From positions 134,713 through 198,712 of the forward strand of contig CACEMR010000001.1 of assembly GCA_902560725.1 (NCBI GenBank): a stretch of 64,000 bases of DNA, read 5' to 3'. The position numbers and the translations under genes are program-made. A model generated the notes under the pieces. It ran no database searches. It was not told the DNA's origin and saw only the letters and a list, made by a program, of their open reading frames with translations. This DNA is from an uncultured Alphaproteobacteria bacterium. GTDB lineage: Bacteria; Pseudomonadota; Alphaproteobacteria; HIMB59; GCA-002718135. Positions 44,082 through 54,633 of the stretch are shown one piece after another (positions within the stretch are counted from its first letter, which is position 1; each line of letters begins with the position of its first letter).

Positions 44082-47000
44082 GCTGATTTTTCTTCTTTAA
44101 TTAAAACTGGTTGATCAAACTTATTAATCATTTCTTTTGGAACGATTTGCCAAAATAATAATTTTTCATTTTTCCAATTATATAAAATATTTTTAGCATA
44201 TTGTGAATTCGTTGCTTTAGTATGTTCTTCTATTTTTTGATATAAAATATTTTCCCAATAACTTGTCATTTGTTGTTGATAGAAAATATCTTCAAGATTA
44301 ATACGCAACGGCAATGTGCCATCTTTGTCGTATACAAATGCCATCCCTCCAGTCATTCCTGCTCCAAAATTATTTCCAACTTCACCTAAAATTACAACAC
44401 TTCCACCTGTCATATATTCACAACCATTATCACCACAACCTTCAATAACTGAATGCGCTCCAGAATTTCTTACAGCAAATCTATCTCCTGCAGTTCCTGC
44501 TGCAAAAAGTTTTCCCCTGGTAGCGCCATATAAAACTGTATTACCTATAATTACATTTTTATTTGTTTGAAGTTGTGAGGAAGAACTTGGTTGTATTATA
44601 ATCTTAGCACCTGATAACCCTTTTGCTACATAGTCATTGGCATCACCAAACACTTTGAGAGTTGTTCCTTGAACACTCCATGCTCCGAATGATTGTCCTG
44701 CAGACCCATGGAAATTAACAGTAAAGAAATCCTCAGGAAGTGAACTCATTCCTTTTGTTGTTGTAATTTCTGATGCAAGTCGCGTACCAATTGCTCTATC
44801 TGTATTTTTGATATTATAATTAAGTTCAATTTTTTGATCAGTTTCAAAAAATGATTTAGCATCATCTATTATTGTAAGATCTAGACTATCGCTGACTTTA
44901 TTAATTGTATTTTTCTTTTTATCAAACTTGCCAACTGATGAGTCAATAGTTTGTATAATTGGATTTAAATCTAAATCATCAAGATCAGAACTTCCTCTAC
45001 TTACTTGGTATAAAAGATCTGATCTTCCAACAACCTCATCAAGAGAAGAAAATCCAAGAGATCCTAGAATTTCTCTTACCTCATCTGCAATAAAACTAAA
45101 TAGATTAATAACTTTTTCAGGAGTGCCAGTAAATTTTTCTCTAAGTTTTTCATCTTGTGAACAAACACCAACGGGACAAGTATTAGAATGGCATTGTCTA
45201 ACCATAATACATCCCATTGCTACTAAACTTGCTGTGCCAATTCCATACTCTTCTGCACCTAGCATTGCTGCAATTACGATATCTTTTCCTGTTTTTAAAC
45301 CACCATCTGTTCTGAGAATAACTTTATCTCTAAGATTGTTTAAAGATAAAACTTGATGAACTTCACTTAAACCAAGTTCCCAAGGAAGACCTGCGTACTT
45401 AATACTTGTTTGGGGACTTGCTCCTGTTCCACCATTATGTCCAGATATAAGAATCGTATCAGCTTTTGCTTTAGCAACTCCTGCAGCAACTGTACCAATA
45501 CCAGATTGAGCGACAAGTTTTACACATACTTTAGCTTTAGGATTTATTTGTTTTAAATCATAAATTAATTGTGCCAAATCTTCGATGGAATAAATATCAT
45601 GATGAGGAGGTGGACTAATAAGTGTAACTCCAACTGTTGAATGTCTTAATTTAGCAATTAATTCCGTAACTTTTCCTCCAGGAAGCTGACCACCTTCACC
45701 AGGCTTAGCTCCTTGTGCAACTTTTATTTCAATTTCTTCACAGTTATTTAAATATTCCGCAGTGACTCCAAATCTTCCACTAGCAATTTGTTTTATTTTA
45801 GATGAAGCGTTATCTCCATTTGGCTTTGGTTTAAATCGTATTGGATCTTCTCCACCTTCACCTGAGTCCGATTTAGCACCGATTCTGTTCATAGCTACAG
45901 ATAGAGTTTCATGTGCTTCTGGACTTAAAGCACCAAGAGATATTCCTGGAGCTATGAGTCTTTTTCTAATTTCTTGAGATGGTTCTACATTGCTTGATTG
46001 ATTTTTAATATCTTTACTCTTTTTAAAATTTAAAAGATCACGAATATTAATTGGATCCATTTCATCAATCATTGATGAATATTTTTTAAACAAAGAGTAA
46101 TTATTTGAAGAAACAGCAGTTTGCAACATATGGATTGATCGAGCTTCAAAAGCATGTTTTTCTCCGCCAAATCTAAAGCGGTAATTTCCACCTATAGGCA
46201 GAGTAATTACATTTTCTTCATAAGCTTCTTTGTGCGCAATCCTTGATCTCCTCTCAATACCACTAATTCCAATTCCTGAAATTTTAGAGCTCATTGATGG
46301 AAAATACTTACTCATTAGGTTTCTACTCAAACCAATAGCTTCAAAGTTGCAACCACCTCTGTATGAATTAATAACTGAAATTCCCATTTTACTCATTGTT
46401 TTAAGTAAACCATTGTTAATAGAGTTAATAAATCTTTCTACACATTCCTCATATGAAAGGTTTTTAAATAATCCTTTTTTATGTCTTTCTGCAATAGCTT
46501 GCTGCGCCATATAAGCATTTACACTTGTTGCACCAACACCAATTAAAACTGCAAAATACTGAACATCTAAACATTCTGCTGATTGTATGTTCAGAGAAAT
46601 AAATGTTCTTAAATTTTTTTTAATTAAATGATGATGAACAGAACTCGTAACCAATATCATCGGTAGCGCTATTCTTGATTTAGACATTTCTTTATCACTT
46701 AATATAATATGAACGTATCCTTCTCTTACCGCTTGCTCAGCTTCGTTATTAATTCTAAATATTTCTTTTTCAAAATTATTTACAGTATTAGTTATATTCA
46801 TAGTGGTATCAATAATTTTTACTGTATCTTTCATATACTTACGCATTGATTTAAATTGCTCTATAGAAAGTACTGGCGAGTTTAATTGTAAATGATCACA
46901 TTGTGTCTCATTTTCATCAAGAATATTACTAAGGTTTCCAATTCTTGTTCTTAGACTCATTACAACTCTCTCTCTTAAAGAGTCGATAGGTGGGTTAGTA

Positions 47001-48598
47001 ACTTGACTAAAATTTTGTCTAAAAAAATGATGAAGGCCTCTGTATTTATTTGAAAGTACAGCAAGTGGTGTATCATCTCCCATTGATCCAGTAGCTTCTT
47101 TTTTGTCTGCAATCATTGGGTGAAGAATTATTTCAATATCTTCAATTGACCAAGCAAAACAAGCCATTCTTTTTCTTAAATCACCTGAGTCTAAATCTCT
47201 AAACTCTTCATCAGTTGATTTTACTAATTTATCAATATAAGTAATTTTTTTAGTCCAATCACCAAATGGTTTAGTGTCAGCCAAATATTTTTTTATTTGA
47301 TCATCTTTATAGAATTTTTTATCTTTAAAATTTATTGCTATTAATTGCCCTGGACCAACTCTTCCTCTTTCAACAATATTACTTTCATCAATAGTGACCA
47401 TGCCAGTTTCTGATCCAGCTATTAAAAGATTTTTAGTAAGAGTATAGCGCATTGGTCTTAATCCATTTCTATCCATCCCTGCTATAGCCCAATCTGCATA
47501 AGCACCACAGATTGCAGCTGGACCATCCCAAGGCTCCATAACAGCACCGCCGTAGGCATAAAGATCTTTAAGTTTTTTTGGAAAGTCCCTTCTATGTGCC
47601 CATGCTTCTGGAATTGTAATAATTTTTGCCATTGGAAGTGAACGATTTGCTTTAACAAGCAATTCAATTGTAGAGTCTAAAGCAGCTGAGTCTGATGCCT
47701 TGGAATCTATTATTGGTTTTAGATCATTTACATTAGTCCCAAAATTTTCATGTTGCATTCTAGGCTCATGTGCACTCATCCAATTTTTATTTCCTTTTAG
47801 TGTATTAATTTCTCCATTATGAGCAATAACTCTAAAAGGTTGTGCTAATGACCAAGTTGGGAAAGTATTAGTTGAGTATCTTTGGTGGTAAACTGCAAAC
47901 TTAGATATAAAATTTTCTTTTTGGATATCAGGATAAAAATTAGATAATTGCTCAGCTAAAAACATTCCTTTGTAGACAATAGACTGACACGAAAGAGAGC
48001 AAATATAAAAATCAGCAATATTTTGTTTTCTAATTTCTTTTTCAATTCTTTTTCTTATTAAATAAAGTTTATTTTCAAATTCTTTTTCTTCTGTGTAGTG
48101 TTCATTACAAATTAAAATTTGTTCAATTTCTGGACGCGTTGCTCTAGCTTTTTCACCTATAATTGATGAATTTATTGGTACATGTCTCCATCCATATATT
48201 TTAAGATCTTCTTTTATAATTTCAGATTCAACAATAGTCCTAGCATTTTCTTGTGCGGAAAAATCAGTTCTAGGTAAAAAAATCATTCCAACAGCAAATG
48301 GAAACTCATTTGGTTGATGGCCTGTTCTTTCTATTTTTTCTCTAAAGAATTTCTTAGGTATTGATAGTTGGATACCCGCACCATCGCCAGTTTTACCATC
48401 TGCATCTACAGCACCTCTATGATATAAAACTTTTAGTGCTTGTACACCAAGTTCGACAATTTCTCTTGTTTCAGAACCATCTAGAGATGCAATTAGACCT
48501 ACACCACAAGATGAGTGTTCATCTAGTTCATTATAAATGTTATTCTCTTCAAGGAATTTTTTATTTTTTTTATATTTTTCAACAAAAGAATTATTCAT
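44078..48598 (-). CDS. gltB: glutamate synthase (NADPH) large subunit
   Basis: 1506 aa. Has the N-terminal Ntn amidotransferase Cys (SSCGVGLIAS), the FMN/3Fe-4S central domain, and a C-terminal GXGXG beta-helix. Confidence 0.95.
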   Translation of the reverse strand: MNNSFVEKYKKNKKFLEENNIYNELDEHSSCGVGLIASLDGSETREIVELGVQALKVLYHRGAVDADGKTGDGAGIQLSIPKKFFREKIERTGHQPNEFPFAVGMIFLPRTDFSAQENARTIVESEIIKEDLKIYGWRHVPINSSIIGEKARATRPEIEQILICNEHYTEEKEFENKLYLIRKRIEKEIRKQNIADFYICSLSCQSIVYKGMFLAEQLSNFYPDIQKENFISKFAVYHQRYSTNTFPTWSLAQPFRVIAHNGEINTLKGNKNWMSAHEPRMQHENFGTNVNDLKPIIDSKASDSAALDSTIELLVKANRSLPMAKIITIPEAWAHRRDFPKKLKDLYAYGGAVMEPWDGPAAICGAYADWAIAGMDRNGLRPMRYTLTKNLLIAGSETGMVTIDESNIVERGRVGPGQLIAINFKDKKFYKDDQIKKYLADTKPFGDWTKKITYIDKLVKSTDEEFRDLDSGDLRKRMACFAWSIEDIEIILHPMIADKKEATGSMGDDTPLAVLSNKYRGLHHFFRQNFSQVTNPPIDSLRERVVMSLRTRIGNLSNILDENETQCDHLQLNSPVLSIEQFKSMRKYMKDTVKIIDTTMNITNTVNNFEKEIFRINNEAEQAVREGYVHIILSDKEMSKSRIALPMILVTSSVHHHLIKKNLRTFISLNIQSAECLDVQYFAVLIGVGATSVNAYMAQQAIAERHKKGLFKNLSYEECVERFINSINNGLLKTMSKMGISVINSYRGGCNFEAIGLSRNLMSKYFPSMSSKISGIGISGIERRSRIAHKEAYEENVITLPIGGNYRFRFGGEKHAFEARSIHMLQTAVSSNNYSLFKKYSSMIDEMDPINIRDLLNFKKSKDIKNQSSNVEPSQEIRKRLIAPGISLGALSPEAHETLSVAMNRIGAKSDSGEGGEDPIRFKPKPNGDNASSKIKQIASGRFGVTAEYLNNCEEIEIKVAQGAKPGEGGQLPGGKVTELIAKLRHSTVGVTLISPPPHHDIYSIEDLAQLIYDLKQINPKAKVCVKLVAQSGIGTVAAGVAKAKADTILISGHNGGTGASPQTSIKYAGLPWELGLSEVHQVLSLNNLRDKVILRTDGGLKTGKDIVIAAMLGAEEYGIGTASLVAMGCIMVRQCHSNTCPVGVCSQDEKLREKFTGTPEKVINLFSFIADEVREILGSLGFSSLDEVVGRSDLLYQVSRGSSDLDDLDLNPIIQTIDSSVGKFDKKKNTINKVSDSLDLTIIDDAKSFFETDQKIELNYNIKNTDRAIGTRLASEITTTKGMSSLPEDFFTVNFHGSAGQSFGAWSVQGTTLKVFGDANDYVAKGLSGAKIIIQPSSSSQLQTNKNVIIGNTVLYGATRGKLFAAGTAGDRFAVRNSGAHSVIEGCGDNGCEYMTGGSVVILGEVGNNFGAGMTGGMAFVYDKDGTLPLRINLEDIFYQQQMTSYWENILYQKIEEHTKATNSQYAKNILYNWKNEKLLFWQIVPKEMINKFDQPVLIKEEKSA

Positions 48599-50036
48599 TG
48601 ATTACTCTTTGCTCAAGATTATTTGCTAATTCAAATTTGTCTTTAATGAATTTATCAATATTGTTTGCTGCGTCTCTTCCATCTTTAATACCCCACACCA
48701 CCAAGCTTGCACCACGAACGATATCACCAGCAGCAAAAACACCATTTAATGAAGTCATCATATTTTTATAATTAATTTTTAGTGTTCCCCAACGAGTTAC
48801 AGTTAGATTTTCGTCATTAAAAAGTTTTGGAAGGTCTTCAGGTTCAAAACCTAGTGCTTCAATAACTAGATCAACTTCTAAGTTTTGTTCTGTTCCTTCT
48901 TTTGGCTCAGGTCTTCTTCTTCCTGTTTCATCAGGTTCACCAAGTTGCATTAGAACTGTTTCTACATTTTTAAGGATGCCATTACCTGAATATTTAGTTG
49001 GTAAAGTTAACCATTTAAAATCAACTCCTTCTTCAATTGCATTATGAACCTCTCTTTGTGAACCTGGCATATTTGCTTTATCTCTTCTGTATAGGCATTT
49101 TACAGACTTTGCTCCTTGTCTAACGGCTGTTCTTACGCAATCCATAGCGGTATCACCACCTCCAATCACAACTATATTTTTTCCATTTGCATTAAGCCTG
49201 CCATTAATAAAATCATCAACTTTATCTTTAAGTCCTGTTTTATTGCTGGCTATTAAAAAATCTAGTGCTGGAACAACATTATTAAAATTAGAATTATTTA
49301 GATTAATGTCTCTAAATTTATAAACACCAGTAGCAATTAATACTGCTTCATGTTTATTTTTAATTTTTTCAAAAGTAATATCGGTTCCAATATTACAATT
49401 TAATTCAAAATTAATACCACTATCTTCAAGCCGTTTTGTTCGTCTGATAACAATATCTTTTTCTAATTTAAAATTTGGTATTCCATATATTAGTAATCCA
49501 CCGGGCCTATCATAACGATCATAAATTGTAATCTGATAACCTTTTTTTCTCAGTTCTTCAGCTGCAGCTAAACCAGCAGGACCTGATCCAATGATTCCAA
49601 CGCTGTAGTTTTTTTCTTCAGATGGGTTAATATTTTTTACCCAACCTTCTTTCCAAGCTGTATCAGTTATATACTTCTCAATTGAGCCAATTGTAACTGT
49701 GCCATGACCAGATTGTTCTATAACACAATTACCCTCACATAATCGATCTTGAGGACATATACGACCACAAATTTCGGGCATATTATTTGTTGCACTTGAA
49801 ATTTCATAGGCTTCTTGCATTCTCTCTTCAGCAGTTAATTTTAGCCAATCAGGAATGTTATTATGCAAAGGGCAATGGACTTGACAAAATGGGACGCCAC
49901 ATTGTGAACACCTTGATGCTTGCTCTTCAGCTTTTTGCGCTGCGTAGTTTGCATATATTTCGTCAAAAGACTTCACTCTTTTTTTGGCTGAAATTTTATC
50001 TGGATTTTCCTGATTAATTTGTGTAAATTTTAACAT
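48591..50036 (-). CDS. gltD: glutamate synthase (NADPH) small subunit
   Basis: Cys clusters CSQCGVPFC and CPLHN..CGRICP..CEGNC, with two dinucleotide-binding motifs (GSGPAGLAAA, VIGGGDTAMD). Confidence 0.95.
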   Translation of the reverse strand: MLKFTQINQENPDKISAKKRVKSFDEIYANYAAQKAEEQASRCSQCGVPFCQVHCPLHNNIPDWLKLTAEERMQEAYEISSATNNMPEICGRICPQDRLCEGNCVIEQSGHGTVTIGSIEKYITDTAWKEGWVKNINPSEEKNYSVGIIGSGPAGLAAAEELRKKGYQITIYDRYDRPGGLLIYGIPNFKLEKDIVIRRTKRLEDSGINFELNCNIGTDITFEKIKNKHEAVLIATGVYKFRDINLNNSNFNNVVPALDFLIASNKTGLKDKVDDFINGRLNANGKNIVVIGGGDTAMDCVRTAVRQGAKSVKCLYRRDKANMPGSQREVHNAIEEGVDFKWLTLPTKYSGNGILKNVETVLMQLGEPDETGRRRPEPKEGTEQNLEVDLVIEALGFEPEDLPKLFNDENLTVTRWGTLKINYKNMMTSLNGVFAAGDIVRGASLVVWGIKDGRDAANNIDKFIKDKFELANNLEQRVINE

Positions 50037-50154
50037 TTAGGTCAATATTGTTTACTTATTTAATAAGATAAACCCAATTACAGATTATAAAAGAAAAAAT
50101 ATAGTTAAAAATGACTATTTTAGTCTCATATTTTTACTAAAAAATAAAAAATCC

Positions 50155-51060
50155 TTAATTTTCAATAATATTTCTTGTTATTTGCAGTGTATCTTGTGGA
50201 TTAATACCAAGATTTTTGAAAGATTTATCAATATTTTCAGAGATGTTGTCTTTTTCAAATAAAAGCAATTGTTCTGAAGTAAGGGGTGAAAAGGGTGTTT
50301 TTTCAGCAATACCTATAAGTGGTTTTATAAAACTTAAAGGGACTGGAGTCAGAACTCTCGTTTTATTTAAACAATTAGAAATATGATTATAAAAATCTTT
50401 GTAAGATATAATTATGGGACCAGCCAACTCATAGATGTTATTTCCCTCAATACTCTCCTCAATAATCCTCTCAACTGCTAAAGATACATCATCAATAAAT
50501 ACTGGTTGAAATCTAATTTTACCGTTTCCAAAAAGAGGAATAAAGAAAGATAACTTAAATATTGGAAGCAATCGTTGAAGAAATACATCTCCTCCTCCTA
50601 TAATTACTCCAGGTCGAATAATAATAGAATTTTTAATATTATTAAAAGCTTCTTTTTCTGATTTAAATACAGCATTACTTCGTGAAGAGTTATTTTCATT
50701 ATTAACTCCAAGCCCAGAAAAGAAAATATATTGTTCTAGTAATGTGTTTGAATTTAAAATATTGATTAATTTTTGGTTAAATTTAAAAATTGTATCCTCA
50801 AAACTTCCATTTTTTTGATCATACGTTGTCTTTAAATTAATGCATATTTGAGATTTTTGTAAAACTGATTTTAATCTTAAGTCATCAATTGATGAAAATC
50901 GAAAAGGTGTTATTTGCCCTGTAACTCCCAAAAGCCTAATTTTAGCCTCTTGTATTGATTTTTGGTAAGGAACAATAATTTTATGACCTTTTTTTGCTAA
51001 TCTTCTTATAAGATGTCTTCCAACAAACCCCGCTCCTCCAAAAATTACTATTGATTTCAT
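50155..51060 (-). CDS. NAD(P)H-binding SDR, complex I NDUFA9-subunit-like family
   Basis: IVIFGGAGFVGRHL Rossmann motif. The roughly 300 aa atypical SDR architecture is common in alphaproteobacteria. Confidence 0.65.
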   Translation of the reverse strand: MKSIVIFGGAGFVGRHLIRRLAKKGHKIIVPYQKSIQEAKIRLLGVTGQITPFRFSSIDDLRLKSVLQKSQICINLKTTYDQKNGSFEDTIFKFNQKLINILNSNTLLEQYIFFSGLGVNNENNSSRSNAVFKSEKEAFNNIKNSIIIRPGVIIGGGDVFLQRLLPIFKLSFFIPLFGNGKIRFQPVFIDDVSLAVERIIEESIEGNNIYELAGPIIISYKDFYNHISNCLNKTRVLTPVPLSFIKPLIGIAEKTPFSPLTSEQLLLFEKDNISENIDKSFKNLGINPQDTLQITRNIIEN

Positions 51061-51121
51061 GACCTTTAATTAAATAAGTGATATAGTTATAAATATACAT
51101 ATTATAAGCGACAATATCAAA

Positions 51122-51727
51122 ATGAAAATTAATCTTTATAACGGTGATCTTCCAGAGAATATAAAAATTAAAAATAGTATTGCTATAGATAGTGAAACTA
51201 TGGGATTAAACCCAAAAAGGGACAAATTATGCTTAGTACAAATATCAAATGGTGATGAAATTTGCCATTTAATAAAAATTGATATTTCTAAAAAGCCAAA
51301 AAATTTGATAAAAATTTTAAAAAATAACAAAATTCAAAAAATATTTCATTTTGCTAGATTTGATGTTGCTGTTTTCAAATTTAATTTCAAAATTAATATA
51401 AAAAATATCTATTGTACTAAAATTGCCTCAAAATTAGTTAGAACCTATACAGATAAACATGGTTACAAGGATCTGTGTAGTGAACTATTAAATAAAAATA
51501 TTTCTAAAGCTGAACAGTCATCAGACTGGGGTGGGGAATTAACAAAAGAACAACAAAAGTATGCAGCTACTGATGTTCTTTATTTACATAAAATAAAAGC
51601 AAAACTTGATAAAATGCTTTTAAGAGAGAAAAGGGTTAAGCTTGCTAAGGCGTGTTTTGATTTCATTGAACATAGAACTGAGCTTGACATACATGGTTGG
51701 CAAGAACAAGATATATTTAAACATTGA
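51122..51727 (+). CDS. 3-prime-5-prime exonuclease domain protein (RNase D-like, single domain)
   Basis: DEDDy motifs are present: IAIDSETMGL, HFARFD, YAATDVLYL. Confidence 0.75.
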   Translation: MKINLYNGDLPENIKIKNSIAIDSETMGLNPKRDKLCLVQISNGDEICHLIKIDISKKPKNLIKILKNNKIQKIFHFARFDVAVFKFNFKINIKNIYCTKIASKLVRTYTDKHGYKDLCSELLNKNISKAEQSSDWGGELTKEQQKYAATDVLYLHKIKAKLDKMLLREKRVKLAKACFDFIEHRTELDIHGWQEQDIFKH

Positions 51728-51728
51728 A

Positions 51729-52688
51729 ATGAATAAAAAAAATAAAATTTTAAAAAGTGCTAAAAAAGCTTTTTCAAAAGAATTAGCAAGCATCAAAACG
51801 TTATCTTCAACATTTAATAATAATTTTTATAAAGCTATTGATACAATTAACAATTTGAAGGGAAGAGTTATTGTTACAGGTGTGGGTAAAAGTGCTCATA
51901 TTGGAAATAAGATATCTGCAACTTTAACATCTACTGGAACTCCTTCCTTTTTTATCCATGCAACAGAAGCAAGCCATGGAGATCTTGGAAATATTCAGAA
52001 AAATGATTGTGTAATTGCTATATCAAATTCAGGTGAAACTTCCGAACTAAATGATATTATTCAATATTCAAAAAGATTTAATATAACTTTAATAAGTATA
52101 ACTAGTAATGTAAAAAGTAGTTTACACAGAAATTCATCTATTGGTATTGTTTATAAAAAACCTAAAGAAGCTTGTCCTTTAAATTTAGCGCCAACTACAT
52201 CTACCTCTATGGCAATGATAATTGGTGATTGTATGGCTATTGCATTACTGGAATTAAAAGGGTTTGAAAGTATGCACTTCAAAAGCATACATCCTGGAGG
52301 TAATTTAGGTAAAGATTTAAAATATGTTAGTGAAATAATGCATATTAAAAATGCTTTGCCCATCTCTAAAGAAAACGAAAAGATGTCAAAAGCTCTAATA
52401 AAAATGACAAAAAAAAGTTTCGGTTGTCTTGGAGTAATTAATAAAAATAATAAAATTGTGGGTATTATTACTGATGGCGATTTAAGAAGAAAAATTAACT
52501 CGAAATTTTTTGATAAAAAAGCTCATGAGATAATGACTAAAAATCCAACTATAGCTCATAAAAAAATGCTTGTAGGAGAAGCAATTAACATAATGAATGA
52601 TAAAAAAATCACAAGTTTATTTATTTGTGAAGATAAAAAACCAATAGGTATTGTACACATTCATGATTTATTAAGGCTGACTAGTTAA
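51729..52688 (+). CDS. kdsD: arabinose-5-phosphate isomerase (KdsD/KpsF; SIS + tandem CBS domains)
   Basis: SIS motif VTGVGKSAHIGNKISATLTSTGTPSFF and two C-terminal CBS repeats. The start is set at ATG 51729, immediately after the upstream stop. The track ORF start at 51642 overlaps the exonuclease gene. Confidence 0.9.
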   Translation: MNKKNKILKSAKKAFSKELASIKTLSSTFNNNFYKAIDTINNLKGRVIVTGVGKSAHIGNKISATLTSTGTPSFFIHATEASHGDLGNIQKNDCVIAISNSGETSELNDIIQYSKRFNITLISITSNVKSSLHRNSSIGIVYKKPKEACPLNLAPTTSTSMAMIIGDCMAIALLELKGFESMHFKSIHPGGNLGKDLKYVSEIMHIKNALPISKENEKMSKALIKMTKKSFGCLGVINKNNKIVGIITDGDLRRKINSKFFDKKAHEIMTKNPTIAHKKMLVGEAINIMNDKKITSLFICEDKKPIGIVHIHDLLRLTS

Positions 52689-52689
52689 G

Positions 52690-53136
52690 TTGAATTTTTT
52701 ATTTTCATTAGATAGAAAATATATTTTATTAGTTATAATAATATTTTTTTTATTATGTTTTATATTTATCTTTTATAAATTTTTTTTTTCAATTGAAAAA
52801 AAATTAATATTGGATAAAGCAATTTCGAAAGTTGATATTACAGATCCAAGATTTTCAATTAATAATTTTGACAGAAAAATACTTATAACAGCTAAAGAAG
52901 GAGATTTTATTAATAAAGATAAAATTTTGTTAAAAAAAAATGTACTATTTAAATCAAATAAATTTAGTATTGAGAGTGATAATGTTATTTTTAATAGAAA
53001 AGATCAAACAGCAGAAAGTTATGAAAATTCCATATTTAGATCTAATAATACAAAAATTTCTTCCGAAGGATTTAATATTTATGATAATGGTAACAAAATT
53101 AAATTTCATGGTAATTCAATAATTATTTTAAAATGA
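52690..53136 (+). CDS. lptC: LPS export system protein LptC-like (single N-terminal TM anchor)
   Basis: 148 aa with one TM helix followed by a beta-rich domain. It occupies the position between kdsD and lptA. Sequence similarity was not assessable by eye. Confidence 0.55.
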   Translation: MNFLFSLDRKYILLVIIIFFLLCFIFIFYKFFFSIEKKLILDKAISKVDITDPRFSINNFDRKILITAKEGDFINKDKILLKKNVLFKSNKFSIESDNVIFNRKDQTAESYENSIFRSNNTKISSEGFNIYDNGNKIKFHGNSIIILK

Positions 53137-53897
53137 AGATTTTTTTAGTTATTTTAAGTTTCATCATTTTGTCAAACTCTTTATTTGCTCGTGAGATTGG
53201 TGAAACTGAAATTACTGCTGAAGAAGGAATTGAAGTTTTTCAGGATGAAAAATATTACCTTCTTAAAAAAAATGTAAAAATAGAGTCAGATAATTTTACA
53301 TTAATTGGAGATACTGTAAAAATATTTTTTGACAAAGATTTATATGATGTGACAATAATTGATGCTAGAGGGAACGTTAATTTGGAGTCGAGTCAGTATA
53401 ATATAAAAGCTGATGGTGAAAATTTGTATTTTATTTTAAAAAATGAAGAAATTCGTATTGAGGGTAAAAATTCATTATTAATAACTAGTGATACTAAAAT
53501 GTATTCAGACGGTAAAATTAAAGTGGAGAATTTAGATGGAAAATTTGACTTAAATGGTCCTAATTCAATTCTTGAGTCTCAAAATATACTTATAGAGGGG
53601 GAAAATATAGATGGAATTTTTTCAACAAATGCAGATGTTAAGGAAATTAGTTTATTAAATGTATATGATAAAAATATTGCTTATATAAATAACGGAACAA
53701 CAGAAATGTTTGGGAAAAAAATAAAATACAATGAAGAAACTTCTCTGATTGAATTAGAGGATGATGTTAAAATTATTAGAGATGGTGAAATAATCACTGG
53801 AGATTACGGTACACTTGATACAAATACTAATTCTTATAAAATTAAGTCTAAAGATGCAAAAAAAGTTATTGCAATTATAAAAAATAAAGATGAATAA
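53133..53897 (+). CDS. lptA: LPS transport periplasmic protein LptA (OstA N-terminal-like domain)
   Basis: Signal peptide and beta-jellyroll-like repetitive beta sequence. Located directly upstream of lptB. Confidence 0.7.
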   Translation: MKIFLVILSFIILSNSLFAREIGETEITAEEGIEVFQDEKYYLLKKNVKIESDNFTLIGDTVKIFFDKDLYDVTIIDARGNVNLESSQYNIKADGENLYFILKNEEIRIEGKNSLLITSDTKMYSDGKIKVENLDGKFDLNGPNSILESQNILIEGENIDGIFSTNADVKEISLLNVYDKNIAYINNGTTEMFGKKIKYNEETSLIELEDDVKIIRDGEIITGDYGTLDTNTNSYKIKSKDAKKVIAIIKNKDE

Positions 53898-54633
53898 ATT
53901 TAAAATATTAGATGATGGACTAGTCATTGATAAAATTTCAAAATCATACGGTAATAAGGAAGTTGTAAGAAATATCAGTCTATCAATAAAAAGAGGTGAG
54001 ATTGTTGGTCTACTTGGTCCCAATGGAGCAGGTAAGACAACAAGCTTTTATATTATAGTTGGTTTGGTAAAACAGGATCGCGGTTCTATTTTTCTAGATA
54101 AATTAGAAATTTCTAATATCCCAATCTACAAAAGAGGAGTTATGGGTATAAGTTATTTACCTCAAGAAGCATCAATATTTAGAGGAATGAATGTTGAAGA
54201 TAATTTACTTTCTATTATTGAAATTACTGAAAAAGATAAAAGTAAACAAGAAATTATTTTAAATAATCTTCTAAATGAATTTGATATTAATCATGTTCGA
54301 AAATCAAAATCTATTGTTTTGTCTGGAGGTGAGAGAAGAAGGTTAGAAATTGCTCGAACATTGGCTTCAAATCCAAAATATTTATTACTTGATGAGCCTC
54401 TAACTGGGATAGACCCAGTTTCAATTGAAGAAATCAAAATAATTATCAAAAAACTTAAAAAGAAAAATATTGGTATTTTAATTACAGATCACAATGTTAG
54501 AGAAACTCTTAAAATTGTAGATAAAGTATGCATTGTAAATGAGGGTGCTATTTTTTTTGAAGGTAATCCTGAGGATGCAGTAAAAGATGAAAAAATCAAA
54601 AAATTTTACCTCGGTTCAGAATTCAAACTTTAA
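53890..54633 (+). CDS. lptB: LPS export ABC transporter ATP-binding protein
   Basis: Walker A GPNGAGKTT, signature LSGGERRRLEIARTL, and Walker B LLLDEP. Confidence 0.9.
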   Translation: MNKFKILDDGLVIDKISKSYGNKEVVRNISLSIKRGEIVGLLGPNGAGKTTSFYIIVGLVKQDRGSIFLDKLEISNIPIYKRGVMGISYLPQEASIFRGMNVEDNLLSIIEITEKDKSKQEIILNNLLNEFDINHVRKSKSIVLSGGERRRLEIARTLASNPKYLLLDEPLTGIDPVSIEEIKIIIKKLKKKNIGILITDHNVRETLKIVDKVCIVNEGAIFFEGNPEDAVKDEKIKKFYLGSEFKL